From NCBI GenBank assembly GCA_001724265.1, contig MEDY01000048.1, positions 1 through 64,000 of the forward strand: a stretch of DNA of 64,000 nucleotides, in the 5' to 3' direction. This stretch comes from Rhizaria sp. SCN 62-66 (lineage: Eukaryota). A program made the position numbers and the translations under genes. Position 1 is the first letter of the stretch. The number at the start of each line of letters is the position of its first letter. Under the pieces are notes generated by a model. It did no database searches, was not told where the DNA came from, and saw only the letters and a program-made list of their open reading frames with translations. Below are positions 12,090 through 25,500 of this stretch, piece by piece.

Positions 12090-14724
12090 ATGTCTTCTTG
12101 CAGGCCTTACATACAGCGCACTGCGTCGGCTGTCGGAAACACGTTCAAGAGTTGAAATCTTACATGTGCGCAGTCCCCCAACTTAAATATATTGATATAT
12201 CGCATTCATGATTTTATTAACGTGCTCACATCTTTCACTTGTCTGAATGATTTGCTACAGCAACGCCGCCGTGATCACGAGCCAGAGTCAGACTGCTCTT
12301 GCTGCTGCCAGCAAGAACGTTCGTCTCAATTTGGGCCAAGACACCAGCACAGTGAGCACCAACATGCTTAGCTTGCCTCAACCAATCACTTCGCGCCGCG
12401 CTAAGCGTGCCTTATCTGCATTCAATAACGCGCCGCAAGATGAACTGGTGTCAAGCTCTCGTGACCCCTTCGACTTTGCCGCCGCCACCCCAGTCAGCTT
12501 ACCCAAGGCTCCTGTGCCCTCTACTGCAACAGTAGCTGCGCAGCTCCAGTCAAAGTCTCTGCTTGTTGCACCTCCAAGCTCCCAGTCACCTGGCGCCACC
12601 CATAGTACAAGTGTAAGTGTCCGTGGCGATGTAAGTGGGAATGTGTCACCACTAACGGGCGCAGTCAAGCGGACCCCTGGCCGCGAAGCGCTGGCGGCGG
12701 CAGCGCGCGCAGCGGCTGCTTGGGCCCGCGAACAACGCTATCTGCCCCTCTACACATACACCGCAAGTAACAACAACGACAACAACAACAACAGCGTCCG
12801 CAGCAGTCTGGACGGTTACAACGCGAGGACGCGTGAGGCTGCAGTGGCGGCGACTGCGGTACTCATGGGTTCCCTCGACAAGGCGAAGACTGTGGAGCGG
12901 AGGGCTGTGCAGCAGACGTGGTTGCTGCAGAGCGCGGGGGCGGCTGCCGCGCCGTCGAAGCTCCTGCTCTCTCCACCAAACATCAACAACAACAACAAGA
13001 ACAACAACAGTAACACTAGAAGCGGTGGTGCACACGCCAAGCGTCGCAAGGTAGTCAGTCACGGTGTCCGTAACAGTGCTGTAAACAAGACTCCCAGCTC
13101 ACACGCCACAAGCGTTGCGAACAGCAGTGATATTGTCGTTAACAAGAGTCGCCATGCTGCCGATGCTGGTGCAGTTGCTGAGTCTGCCGCGACTGAGACT
13201 GTGACGCCGGAGTGCTCTCCCCGGGCAGTCGCAGCTCTTTCTCTGAGTGACTACAGCTTCATCGACTACAACAACAACAACAGCGATGTTGACGACGGCA
13301 ATGGCAGCGGCGACGACGGGCGCTACGACTATTACAACAACAGCGCCCATGTCAAGACGTGTCACACCCGTGACAACAACAAAAACAACAACCATAACGA
13401 CAACAACAACAACGTGTCTGTGGATACGTTTTCAACCCCTGAGCCTGCTCTCACAGTCACTGTTGTCCATCGCCCCTGGTACCAAGCCCACCACGCGTGA
13501 CCGTAACATTGACTTTGACTGCAACTTAGACGATGACCGGGACCGAGACCGTGTGACCACCACCAGTGACATCGGCGCCACTGACCGTGGGCATGACCGT
13601 GAGAACGACCGTGAGCAGGGATGGAAGTCCGTTCTCGGCTTGGACGCGATGTTACGCCGTTCCCACCTCATGTTCCGCTCACCCGACACTGTCGCTGGTA
13701 CGAGTGCACCGGCTATTGCAGCAGCGACATCAGTAACGGATGCTATAATGGCTACTGGCAACTCTGCCCACAGTTACTCTACAGCCCACAGCCACACAGC
13801 CTCCCGTCACTCAACAGTCTCTGCGGCCCATGCAGACTCTTTAGCACACTCCGTAGCACACTCCACGGCAGCCTCAGCCGCGGCAGTCTCAGCCGCAGCA
13901 GACTCGGCCGCGTCTTTGCGCCTGCGCGCGCTGGATCTCGAGATTGCTTCCCTGTCCGCGGCCGAGATGCGGCTCTGGTCTGCGCTCACGGCGCAGGCCT
14001 CGGACGCGCAGCGGCGGCTGCGGCGGCAGCGCGCGCTGGCGCGGCAGAGGGAGGAGGAGTTCGCGGCCGTAGGCCGCCGCGCAGCCAGTGTGATACGCGA
14101 GACGGAGAGGGCGCTTGAGGCGGCCAACAGCAAGATGCAGCTCCAACAGCAACAGCAACAGCAACAGCAACAACAAAGGAACGCATCAGCTCGCGCACAG
14201 AGTGTCACGAGTAACGCGCACAACCCGAGCACCACGAGTACCGCGGATACTACTTGCAGCACAGGTACCGCGAGCAGTAGCACGAGCAACCCACCACGTG
14301 TTACACCACGGGCGACTGCGACTGCAACTGTGAGCTGGGGCCTCGACTCTAATGGCGACATCGCCAGCAGCCAGCACGGCTCCGCAGAGACTGAGAACGC
14401 AAGCGGGATCTCGCATAGCAACAGCCGCGGTTTGAGCGGTGCGAGCCAAAGCGACGGCGGTGGGGGCGGCGTGCGCAACTTGGAGCTGAAGCTGAAGCTG
14501 TGGCAAGTGCTAGGGCCCGATACCACGCATCTGTTCACGTACGTTTAAACATTGAATCACCAACATATATCACGATATTGCGTGTATTTCTGCTCGTAAC
14601 TCTTTTTGAATCTATGTTCACCTGCTTATGTCTTGTTTTGTCTTGCTTTTGTAGGGAGGAGCAACGGAGGCGTGCTCTGGCAGCGGCAGAATGGCTGCAG
14701 CAGAGTGAGGAGAACAACGAGTAA
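12090..14724 (+). CDS. Unknown low-complexity/coiled-coil protein; exons 12090-12142, 12261-14538 (with a frame switch near 13414-13500), 14655-14724
   Basis: Introns 12143-12260 (GTTCAA..CAG) and 14539-14654 (GTACGT..TAG) fit in phase. Coiled-coil segment LRLRALDLEIASL...EAANSKM. Joining ORFs 12247..13500 and 13247..14548 needs a 43-nt intron or a frameshift. Confidence 0.55.
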
Positions 14725-14853
14725 TGGAGAGGCCGACACATATGTAATGATAAGCCATGGGATATTGAGCCAACGAAGATTTATGGAATAATACAAATGT
14801 AGAATGAATGAATGCATTTATTAAATCCATGACGACGACTTCGAGTTGACTTT

Positions 14854-14939
14854 TTCGGTCCACGACCCGACCGAAGCGAGAGGGAGAGACGTCGAGACAG
14901 ACCGAAGGTCGATGAACTTTGAAGCATTGGTTTTCGGTC
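14854..14939. promoter_or_regulatory. Four copies of TTCGGTC/GACCGAA as two inverted pairs immediately upstream of LAMTOR4
   Basis: TTCGGTC 14854-14860, GACCGAA 14869-14875, GACCGAA 14900-14906, TTCGGTC 14933-14939; ATG at 14962. Confidence 0.4.
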
Positions 14940-14961
14940 CTTGATCCGTCAAACTGTACAC

Positions 14962-15315
14962 ATGCAAGCTCAACACGGTGGAGTCGACCCGATCTACCTC
15001 GACGATGGATTATTCCAGCAACTGCAGAACTCGCCAGACCTCTACGGCGCGTTCGCGATGACCCCTGATGGGACGGTCGTGCTCGCTTGCGGCGAGTACC
15101 TCGATGGCTATGCTGAGCTCCACGGTCCCGTAATTATGAACATTCTTTACGACGTCCGCGCAGTACTCAACACGAACCCGTCGGGCACCAAGTCCGCACT
15201 CGTGCGCGCCCCGTCTGAGCCCCTCAAGCGCATCACAATCTCCTACAACGACCACACGCTTGTCATCGCTCGCACGGAGAACCTCGTCTACGTCTCCAAG
15301 CTCAAGCTCCAGTGA
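14962..15315 (+). CDS. LAMTOR4: Ragulator complex subunit LAMTOR4-like (roadblock fold), 117 aa, intronless
   Basis: LQNSPDLYGAFAMTPDGTVVLACGE and EPLKRITISYNDHTLVIARTENLVYVSK align by eye with the recalled human LAMTOR4 segments [24 protein letters not shown] and [28 protein letters not shown]. Confidence 0.75.
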   Translation: MQAQHGGVDPIYLDDGLFQQLQNSPDLYGAFAMTPDGTVVLACGEYLDGYAELHGPVIMNILYDVRAVLNTNPSGTKSALVRAPSEPLKRITISYNDHTLVIARTENLVYVSKLKLQ

Positions 15316-16194
15316 TTTCTCTCTGCGACTAAGCATAATTAAAGTACGTATTTTTTTTTATTGTAATATGTTGGCTTTGTCTCTTAGTGTGTTTATTGTA
15401 TGACGCTATGGCTGAGTTTGTTCTCGTCTGCTCACTTTTTTTTCTAAGGTCTGCCTGTGTGATACACTGACTCACAAACTGTGTCTTTATCTTGCGTTCA
15501 TTGTTTGCGCGTGCTTCTATAGATACGAGCATCACATAATTAGCCCGGCCCGTTACTTAGCCACCTTTACAACGCCTTCTTGTCACCTTAATCAATCATT
15601 GTTGCAAGCCTACACTTACGCTCAGCAGTAAAGCTCTCTTAACTCGACTCGACATGGTCTCAAGCATCAGTTTCATGGCTTTAACTTAAGCATATGAATC
15701 GCGTACTGTTTGTTTCTCGCGACACATATTATGTTAACATGGCTCACCAACGTCAGTTCGTCTTGATGAGTTTATGCATACACATGTCGTCGAGCTTGCA
15801 ACGCAAAGCGAGACGACGAGAGCAACATAGCGAGAGATTTAGAGAGAATACCTACAGACGACAAGCAAGAGAACGATAAGCGAGAGCAACAACTAAAACA
15901 AAATATGACAGAACGACAGCAACATCGAATACAAAAACATATTAACTCTATTACAAAGTTCCACAAATTTAAACCAAATCGTTCGCATACTTCAACGAAA
16001 ACAAGGAGTATCCGCACATCTTTTGAAATCATCATACTTATTATATAGACTATACATGTACAGTTACAATATAAAACCATCTCTAGCACCGACAAATACC
16101 GCATCAAGCCAACTCAACAATGCTGCTCTCGACAATTAGAACAACAACCAAGTGATACGCTTCAGCTAAGCTTCGCACAATCGTGAATCAGTGC

Positions 16195-17523
16195 TTACTT
16201 TTTGTTGGCATTGACGCGGCCGCTCTCAAGCATCATCGCCAGCGTCTCGTTATCCACATCAATATCACTGAACACATCGCTCCACTCCTCATGCGTCAGC
16301 AGCAAACTCTCCGTGATCTGCGAAAGCGCATCTTCGTAGCAGTCCTTGATCCGGTCCCACTGGTCCTGGTCGATCTTCAGCACCCTGACACTCGCGGCAG
16401 CGGCAGCGGCTAAGGGGGTACTTACACTCGCCGCACCGGCCGCTGCAGTCGCAGTTGAAGTCGCGGCGTCTGCGTTGCCCTCATTGCTGTCATTGTCGCT
16501 GGTGCTGTTGTTGTTGTTAGTGACACTGGAGGTACTTTGAGGCGGTAAGGGCTCGACGCGCGCGTGCCCGCACTTGAGCAGATGCTTCCACGCCTCATCC
16601 TTGCTCACCTTGCCGTCCTTATCCTTGTCCAATTCCGCAAACACGGTGAACATTTCCTCCACCAGCTCGTCCGTCCGCACGCGTCCCAGCGCACGGCCCT
16701 TGGCCCCGCGGGGCTTGCGCCGAGCCACCGCCACCGCCGCGGCCTTGGTGTTGGGGGCCGAGGCAAGTGGCGGCAAGGGGTCGAAGAAATCGGCGACCTT
16801 GTCGAAGAGAGAGTCGAAGAAACTGGTCTTGGCGGCAGCAGGCTTCGCCTCGGTACTCGTGGTACCCGTGGGGTTGCTGTGGTTGCGCATGGGGCGGGGT
16901 TGGGGCTTCTCACCGACGGCGGCCGCGGCGGCGGCGGAGGGCAGAACGCCGGACAGCGCAGCGGCCGAGACGATGTGCTGGCGCGGTGTCGCTGCAGATG
17001 CAGACGCAGAGACAGAGCTAGAGCTAGAGTTCGCGTGCGCGCCGTTCGCGGCGTCAGGGTCAAAAGAAGCAGAAGCAGTAGCAATGGACTCAGGCTTGGC
17101 GCCATCGTCGCCGTTGTTCTTGGCAGATCCCTCGGCGCCATCTGTTGCGCTGCTGGCGTCTGTGTGGTTGTTTGCAGACGAAGGAGATGCGATTGACACG
17201 AGCTCAGACGCAGTGGCGGCAGCAGACACAGTCTCACGTGCGAGCGGTTTAGCAGCGGTCACGCCGGACGGGTAAACAACCTGGGCCTGGATCGGGGCAG
17301 AGCCTGAGAAGAGGAAATCATCGTCGTCGTCCACGGTCGACTTACTGAAGAGGCTGTCGCCGCTGTCGGTGCCGTTGCTGCTGTTGTTGGCGGCGTTGGA
17401 AGGGCTGGTTTCGAGCAGGGAGTTGAGAATCTCGCGACGACGGGACTCCTTGGCGTCGGCCTCGACAAAAGAGTCAACAACGGCGTCGAGCAGCTCGGCG
17501 CGGCCCTTGTGAGCAGCAGACAT
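16195..17523 (-). CDS. EF-hand calcium-binding protein with long Ala/Ser low-complexity N-terminal half, 442 aa, intronless
   Basis: Canonical EF loop VFAELDKDKDGKVSKDEAW; GC-rich ORF with ATG and TAA flanked by AT-rich DNA. Confidence 0.75.
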   Translation of the reverse strand: MSAAHKGRAELLDAVVDSFVEADAKESRRREILNSLLETSPSNAANNSSNGTDSGDSLFSKSTVDDDDDFLFSGSAPIQAQVVYPSGVTAAKPLARETVSAAATASELVSIASPSSANNHTDASSATDGAEGSAKNNGDDGAKPESIATASASFDPDAANGAHANSSSSSVSASASAATPRQHIVSAAALSGVLPSAAAAAAVGEKPQPRPMRNHSNPTGTTSTEAKPAAAKTSFFDSLFDKVADFFDPLPPLASAPNTKAAAVAVARRKPRGAKGRALGRVRTDELVEEMFTVFAELDKDKDGKVSKDEAWKHLLKCGHARVEPLPPQSTSSVTNNNNSTSDNDSNEGNADAATSTATAAAGAASVSTPLAAAAAASVRVLKIDQDQWDRIKDCYEDALSQITESLLLTHEEWSDVFSDIDVDNETLAMMLESGRVNANKK

Positions 17524-18324
17524 CAGCGGAAAAAAGTACTCTTGTAGTGCTGAGAGCTTGCGAGGTTGGGTGCAGTGGTCCTCGACGTGAGACCTGGTCT
17601 ATGTGTCACAAAAGTAGATACAGAGATAGACAAACAAGTTTTAGCGAGATATTATAAACGACTGAAATATATTATGGTATGTTCAGTCATGGGCACAATT
17701 TCACGACGTCAATGACGGTCGATAGACATCGTATCTGAGTCTTGAAGATTCCAAGCCAGTCGTGACCTCGAAGCCCATCGCCACCCGTTCCAGCCATAAA
17801 CCGCACGCAGAATAGTAAAATCATTGGTTTGGAGCTTAATACGACTAGATATGAAGTTAATGACGCTTTCGGTTGTAATTTTAGTTGTATTTTGACAGCT
17901 ACGTAAAAAAATCATTCGCACCGTAGTGCATTTTCTCAACAATTGTTTCCTCCAACATACCCACAACAACAGCGCCAAGTCGCTTCGCTCTCACCGATAG
18001 CGCATAAACAAACAGCTGCGTCAGTCAATACAAGCAACACTAGCTTGCTAACGCCACAATTCGCACACTATCTCTTCCGTAAAGCCTCCGAAGCAAAATC
18101 AAACATGACATTGATGCTCAACCTAGACTCACCCCTGCCGACAAACAAACGCAACACCAACTCGAACGCTTACACGAACATCACATGTTCACAAGGTATC
18201 ACTACACGCTCGCATTGCTATCACGCTCATCATCATCCATCAAGCGCATTAAAGTGCATTTTCTCACTCGTTTCACTGTGGCAGCAAGTAAAACACACTT
18301 ACCGAGCATTCACTTACAGCGCAC

Positions 18325-20767
18325 TCAGTGGCGGACAACGCCAGCGCCGCCGAAGATGATCATGAAGCGGTTGTCGTTCCACGTCTTGCGATAGCGCGGG
18401 TTCCACCGGTAGTTGGGCTTGGTGCCGGCGTTGAGCGTGTTTCTGTCGTACTTGGGCCGGCCAGGGGTCTTGGCCACGGGCGGGTTGACGACGGCGGCCG
18501 AGGCGCCACCGCGGGCGAAGGGGAACTCGCCCATGGGGAGCGCCTCGGACCAGGTGTTGGTGAGGACATCGAAGGTGTGGAGGTCCTCGAACGCGATGTT
18601 GTTCGCGATACCACCAAACACGTGGAGGCTAAGCAAGAGAACAAAGCAAAGATACAATATTGGATATATAGAGATGAGATGAAGGTCATTCAGAACAAAA
18701 CAAAGTAAAATACACAATGATCAAACAAATATGATTGAATAACTCAGTGTGGATGTAATTATCGCGAGATATCCTCGTAGACGTACCGAGAGCCCATGAA
18801 GACCATGTTTGCGAGCATGCGGGGGAAGGGCGGGATCGAGGCGCCGGCGATCGGCGCGGCCCAGCCACCCCGGGACATGTCAAACACCTGGAAATCGTTC
18901 ATAGGGACGTAGTCCGCGCCGACGCCGCCAAAGACGTAGAACATCATGTTCTCCTCCTTGCCAGTCGCGGAGAATGCAGCGCAGGAGTGCAGCCAACGCG
19001 GGGCCGGGGCGCGCATGGGCTGGTTCGGACTGATCTCAGTCCAGGTGTTCTCGATCGTGTTGTACGCCCAGAGGTCGTTGAAGGGCTGAAAGCCGATGGA
19101 GATGCCGCCGAAGACGTAGACGGTGTCACCGATGACAGCGGAGCAGTGGCCCTCGCGCGGCAGAGGACGAGTGCCGTTGGGGCGCGCCTCTGCCCACGCC
19201 GACGTCAGCGGGTTGAAGGTCCAGGTGTCGCCGAGCACCTTGCCCTCGTGGGACGCGCCGCCGAAGACGACCATGCGGTTGCTGACGGTAACAGCCGAGT
19301 GCAGCAGACGCGGCTCGGGCATGGGCGCCGGGTAGACGCCGTTCTCAGACTGGGCAAGGACGCACTTCCAGATCTTGGTGTCGAGGTCATACTCCCAGAG
19401 GTCGGTCGGCACGGCGGGCCAGTCGCGCAGGCCGTCGGACTCGGGGCGCAGGCCGATGAGGCCGCGCCAGTCAAGGCTCGCGGGGTTCGCGGTGCCAGAG
19501 CCCTACAGAGAGAAGAGACACAGCGAAAACGAAGCATAAAAGAGGGTTGTCAACGTGAGAATCGTACAGCATACAGCAGATACTAATTAAAACAGTGATG
19601 ACATTTTGTGACATTTTGTGTAGAGAGATGTTTAGAAACATACCTGGAGGAAGCGCTCGGGCTCAGAGGCGCGCGCGGCGGCGATGCGCTGCGACTCGCG
19701 CTCCGACGCAGCGTAAATGTCGCGGAAGCGGCGCTGCTGAGCGGCGTTGTTGGGCTGGCGCGGGAACGTGTTGGGGAAAATGTCAGACACGGTGGGCTGC
19801 ATCATCGCGCCAGACTCGCCGCCCATGTAGCCAGCGCTGGCCGTGATGGTCGAGCCGAGCTCCATGAACACGCCGGGCTTCGCCGCGCCAGCTCTCGGAG
19901 CACCACCAGCGCCGCCCTTAGCAGCACCGCCCTTAGCGCCGCCCTGGCGGTTGGCACCGGCAGCGCCAGCGCCGACGTTGGCGGCGGGCTCGGTGGCAGC
20001 GAACCCGACGCCAGAGATGATGCCACGGTACTCGGGCTGGATCACCGGCACGGGCGCCTTCGGCAGCGCGAACTCGCTGGGCATGCCCTTAAACGCGGGC
20101 CCCGTGGGGACGTCGTCGGGTCGGCCAGTGCCGGGCGGCATGGGGGGGATGTACGAGCGCTGGAACTGGTTCCAACGGGACTGCTGGTAGTTGAACAGCC
20201 AGACATCGTTCATGAGCTTGTCCGTGTAAGTCGAGATGCCGCCGTAGACGTACATCTTGTTGTTGGCGATCACGGCCGAGTGGAGCCAGCGGCCGGCCGA
20301 CGACATGGGCGCATCGGTGAAAGACTCGGCGGGATCGAACGTACGCGGACCGGACGGGAAGTCGCGCGGGTCAATGTCGGGCACGGCCGCGTAGCCGGGG
20401 TCCAGAGCCTCGGGCGGGTCCATGCCGCGCAGGGGAGGCTGCTCCACCGCGGGCTCAGGCACGGTCTGGCGTACCAGCGGGAGGAGGTTCGGCAGCGGAT
20501 TGCTGTCGGCCGTCTCGCCCACGAAGGGGTCGTTCGACCCGGCTAAAAAGGGCAAAGGTAGATACAAATTAGGGGTACGTATGCGTTAGTCGTATGGCTT
20601 CAGTGTAGCGCAAGATGGTGAGGCTGGGGAAAGCGGGGTGGAGAGGGGCAACAACTGGACATGGAGAAGAAGGGGAAGGGAAGCAAGGGTAACGAAAGGG
20701 GTTTGTACGGACCATAAGCCGAGCCGACCACAGCGAGGAGCAAGCAGAAGAGAGTTGTCTTCCGCAT
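18325..20767 (-). CDS. Secreted kelch-repeat (beta-propeller) protein, 4 exons (20767-20713, 20542-19644, 19502-18787, 18628-18325)
   Basis: Signal peptide MRKTTLFCLLLAVVGSAYA. Kelch repeats GRWLHSAV..MYVYGG..NDVW, PRLLHSAV..VVFGG, PREGHCSA..VYVFGG, PRWLHSCA..YVFGG, LHVFGG, MIIFGG. Three in-phase GT-AG introns. Confidence 0.88.
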
Positions 20768-22504
20768 GATCCTATGGGGCAAGCAGCAAAAGCAAAGAAG
20801 CAACGTAGGAGCAGAGCAGGGAGGTGGGGATGAGCAAAGAGAGGAGTCAACCAAGGGGGAGTTGGGACAGGGTCAAACGAATGTATACGGCAGGTTACCG
20901 CGGTATTGGTGCAAAACCAGTCGCAAATACAAATACCATAACACTTAACAGTAAGTATAACTAAGCTAGAAAACCAAAGTCGGACGGCTTGGTCCTCTAG
21001 AGGCATTCTCAGAAAATGCCAGAGGGGCCACACTGGGCAGAAAGAGTGACTGTGGGTGAGCGAGTCCAACTGGCTCCTCTGACCGGAGCGAAGTTAAGCC
21101 GCCAGCCCTACAAAAGTGGTTCAGGAACACATCCAGTTCACGCTCCGCAATCGTAATGAAGAAATGCTAATGATTGTTGTACGCTATAAATGAGTAGACC
21201 TGCTATCCGCTTCATTTATATTTTCAGAAAATACGATTTAGACCTCTAACTGAGAACATTAAGTTGACCTCCAATCACTGTGTGTTCAGACTTGGTGGAA
21301 AATGAGCTATCTCGACGGATTAATCGGAGTAAACAGAAGTCTGAAGCGATACACGCAGCGTTTTCATGATGGCCTTGGTTGGTATTTTATTTTGAAAATT
21401 TGTTTATGATTAGGGCTCCTTGTCTTTGAACTGCTGAAGTCACTTGTTCGCTTTTACCCCAAGGTGGTCAACCTGCATCATTATGCTCGCTGCCGGGTGA
21501 TAGGGGGATATTTGTTGCGTCGAAGGAATAATATGCTTGGTTGCGGATGTGTCCGTAAGTTTTGTTTGTATATCATGAGGTTTTGTGTTATCTGTCGATA
21601 GTTCTGCTGTGTTGAACTCTCATTAGTCCACCTGAGACCCGTTGGTCCACCGACCTTGTAAACGTTATCCAAGAAGACTACGACATGAGGACAAAACTAC
21701 GTTGATAGATGACACGTGTCTTCGGCGGTGGCATGTATTACTATGCTGCATATATAACGAAAAAGTATATCTTCAACATTATAACCGTGCAATACCGAAT
21801 TTAGTATGAAGCTTCTAGAATGTAGCCGTTTGTACACAGACTCGAAAAGACTGATTACAAGTTGCTATACAACTCGTCACAGCACCGCAGTTTCTATTAG
21901 TAGATGTGTTCTAATGCTTATGACACTCGCATGCTAGCCTTAGTTGTTCATATCTTGATCTTAAAGAGAGCGACCTTAGTCACACCCTCTGACTATTGCC
22001 ATCGATCTACAATCGAAACTAACAAAAACATGTTTAATTTACTCTTTATTACGAGAATTCAAATAAAACTAAGTTGACATGACTGTATAAACGTGGACTA
22101 CGTGATTTAATCTTAGTTATATGCACTAACTCGACTACTAAGATCGTATTTTGACTTGAAAATTAACATTTTGTGCATTTAGCATCGGGCAAATCTGGTT
22201 TGGGGCAGACCTGTGGGGTCAAGAAGCTCACGTTCAAATACCTCTGAAGCTCTCTCTATCTACCGCCATATGCGTCCCCGTTTAAAGGACATATATTTAA
22301 TTGCAGCAAAAAATACTATATTAGAAAGATGATTGTATTCAACGATGTCTTGATGCTTTATTCTCACTTCAAAGTCACCCTCCAACCACACCGACCGGCC
22401 GGACCCCACAGTCGAGCCTTTTGACTTACGTCATCTTCTAACAAGCCACTCAGAGCTTCGCACCGACACAGCACAGACCCCTCTTTGGGGCGCATACGCT
22501 AACC

Positions 22505-25500
22505 ATGCGTCCTGGCCGCAAAGCGCGCACGTTGCCGTCGCAATTTCGCGTTGACAAGAACGTCATCGACAGGTCCGTCGTCGTCAAAGCCCACCCTCAC
22601 TAAACTCGTATCTAGCGTCCTAGAACAATTGCCGCTGCAAGCACCACCTTTATTTTTCTCTTATTCGTGCTGTATTCCGTTTGTATGTTTTGTTTATTTT
22701 TTGTTTGCGCAGGCAGCAACGCTTCCAGGAGCAGCTCGAAGACAGCGGCCATTACCTGCTCCTGTCGCCCCTCTGCCCCGACGACGCGACGCGCCTCGCC
22801 GGCACGCAGCCTCCGCCGCTCGACGCGCTCTACGCATTCCCGCAGTGCAACGCGCAGCCCGTGCTGGCAAGCGATGGCAACGGCATCGTGCCCGACTCCC
22901 GCGTCACGAACCCGCTCGGCCTGCCTTCGTACGCGCCGCCGCTGCCGCCACACTTGCTCCCCTCTGCTCACAGCAGCGCAAACACAAACACAAGCGCGAG
23001 CGCGGGCGCGGTTGCCACGGACACGGCGGTGAGCTCGCGCGACGCGTTGCTGCCCGCCTGGCCGTTCCCCCCGTCAGACTCCGAGGCCTCAGACTCAGAC
23101 TCAGACTCCGGCTCCGACACTGACGACGACGACGATGACGGCGATGATCATGACGCTGTTGGTCGCCGCCGCCGCAGCAGCAAGGCCCGCCGCGCCGGCT
23201 GTCGACAGCGGCGCCCAGCCTGCCTCCCCGCCAAGGGCGCCCCCTCGTGGCTGCTGCGGGCGTCGCGCGAACGACGTCAGTCGCGGCGCTTCACAGCCTC
23301 CGCCGTCACGGCCACCGCGCTCGCGGGCCCGGTGCTGGTGTCGGCGCCGGCGGTGACCGTGAGCAAAGGGGCCTCGCTCGTCGTGGTCGCGCAGCACAAC
23401 CACAAGTTACTCACGGGTACCTACGTCAACACCACAAGCAGCAGTAAGAACAACAACGCCAACGACACGAATGCAGCGAACCGTAACTCCACGGCAACAG
23501 GGAAGCCGAAGTTTGCTTCGATCACCGAGGAGGACTGCATTCCACAGCAGCAATGCGAGCATCTCGACAGCGATGCCACTGCTGACCGTGAGCGGCAACC
23601 TCAGAGGGGCGGCTCAAGTGACTGTGAGAAGGGGCAAGATCACGACGACGACGACGAGGAGCCGAGTGACTGCGAGCAGATTCCGGCCCATCTGCCCTTC
23701 GCAGCCGCAGTGCCCTGGCAACGGCCGCTGTCTGCGCCGCCGCCGCTGCTGGCGCTGGCCGCCGCCGTCGCCGCATGCTCCCGCCTCCCGAGTACCGCGG
23801 GCACCACCAGGGTGTCGAGTGCGAGAGACTGTCTCATTGCCTCTCTGACGGCCCCTGCTGCTGCGATGACTGCCCTCCACAGCTACCAACTGACTGTAGG
23901 CCGCAGTAGTAGCAGCAGCAGCAGCAGCGGCGGCAGCAGCAACGCTGACAGTGAGCACGACGGCCACAAGGCGGCTTCCCTTCTCGCCAACCCCGGTTCA
24001 GCGGCCGAGACGGCTGAGAGTGAGACTCCTCGTAGCTCGGTGTTGCCCCGGGTGGCGGCTTTACTGTCTGCTGCCGACTCAGCAATGGCGGCGAGGTACG
24101 CCGCCCTGTGGGCCGCCGCCGAAGCCTCCACGACCACCACAAACACCGCAAACAGTGCTAGCGCAAACACTGCGAATGTGAACAGTGTGAGCGGCAGTCT
24201 GATGCACAGCGGCAGCGATGTCACAGTGAACGTGGTCAACAGCGGGAGTCTGGTCGGCATGCGAAGCCGTGCACCGACCGAGATGCGTGTGTGTGTCGTG
24301 CATACGAATGCGCCAGTGCCGTCGACGATTAACACTCTCAATGCGAACAACACTGCTTATAACAAGAACAAGGCACAGATCAGCAGTCGCACGGTTTCAG
24401 TTCGGAACGCTAACGGTGTGCGGAGTAGTCTGAATGACTCTGATGAGAACGTGGACACGAGCAACGCTCCCGCCAGTCTAAGTACCCCTCAAAATGTAAG
24501 TAGCAATGTCAGTACCGCTTGGCCGCTGTCTTCATCGTCAGAGGCCGTGACCGTGCCGTCATTCCGCATCGACTACATCAGACCGGTTTCAGTCGCCGCC
24601 AACGTCGTTGCGTGCGCACCGCTGCCCATCAATCCCCCTCACTGCAACAGCAGGAACAACAACTACTACTACAACAATCATAATAACAGCGCTATCAGTT
24701 CCTCGGCGTGTAACAATGAGGCTGAGCCTAAGGCAGGTGATATCAGCGCCGATCCCGCCAGTGACAATGACTGCGCCGGCGTCGCTGCCGTCGCGAGCTG
24801 GCTGGCCACCCTCGCCGCGGCCGGCAGCAACCCTCTCCCGGGCATTGTCATGCCGTCGCCACTGTCCAGAACCGCTAGGGGTACCTCTGGGGGTACTGGT
24901 GACGCCCACGGTCACCCCCCGGAGATGACCCGCGCGACCTCACTCACGAGCTCCAACTCTGGCTCTGGTTTGGGCTCTGGCTCTGGCTCTGGGTCTGTGG
25001 TGCCGTCACGTCGTGCCTCCATCGCTGCCACCTCGGCCAACAATCACACTAATAACAACAACAACAACAACCACAATCATAACTCTAACAGCACGAACGC
25101 TGGCAAGACGAAAGCGAGCGCTCAGGCGGCGGCGGCGTCCAAGGGCAAGGGTACTTACACTGACACCGGCGGCGTCGGCGCGTGGCCGGCCGCCCTGCCG
25201 ACCCCCTTAGTCACCACCGACGCCTACTTACACGCCGCCGCAGCCGCCACCGCGCTGCCGACCGCGGCCGCCGCCGCCTCCGCCGCCACGGCCCACAGCA
25301 GCTCAAGCGCTGCCAGTGCGGCAGCCAGCGCTGCAGCTGTGGCGGCCGTGCCCTGGAGGCATTACTCGGGGCCCAGCGGGTTCTGGCTGAGGCCGCTCGC
25401 CGGCGCCGGCCCCGCGCCCGCGAGTACCGGCACCAGCGCACCCACGCGTACCCTCTCGAGTACCGCGGGTTCCGGTAGCCGCAGCAGCAGCAGCCACCTG

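Noticed and set aside
16410-16425. GTAAGTACCCCCTTAG (sense in the EF-hand gene) as a 16-nt tiny GT-AG intron
   Set aside because: Removal would frameshift an open ORF, most copies start CTAAG rather than GTAAG, and the motif also occurs antisense.
21100-22400. Short ORFs in the long AT-rich spacer (also 8939-9656)
   Set aside because: No recognisable motifs or host-like codon bias; treated as intergenic.
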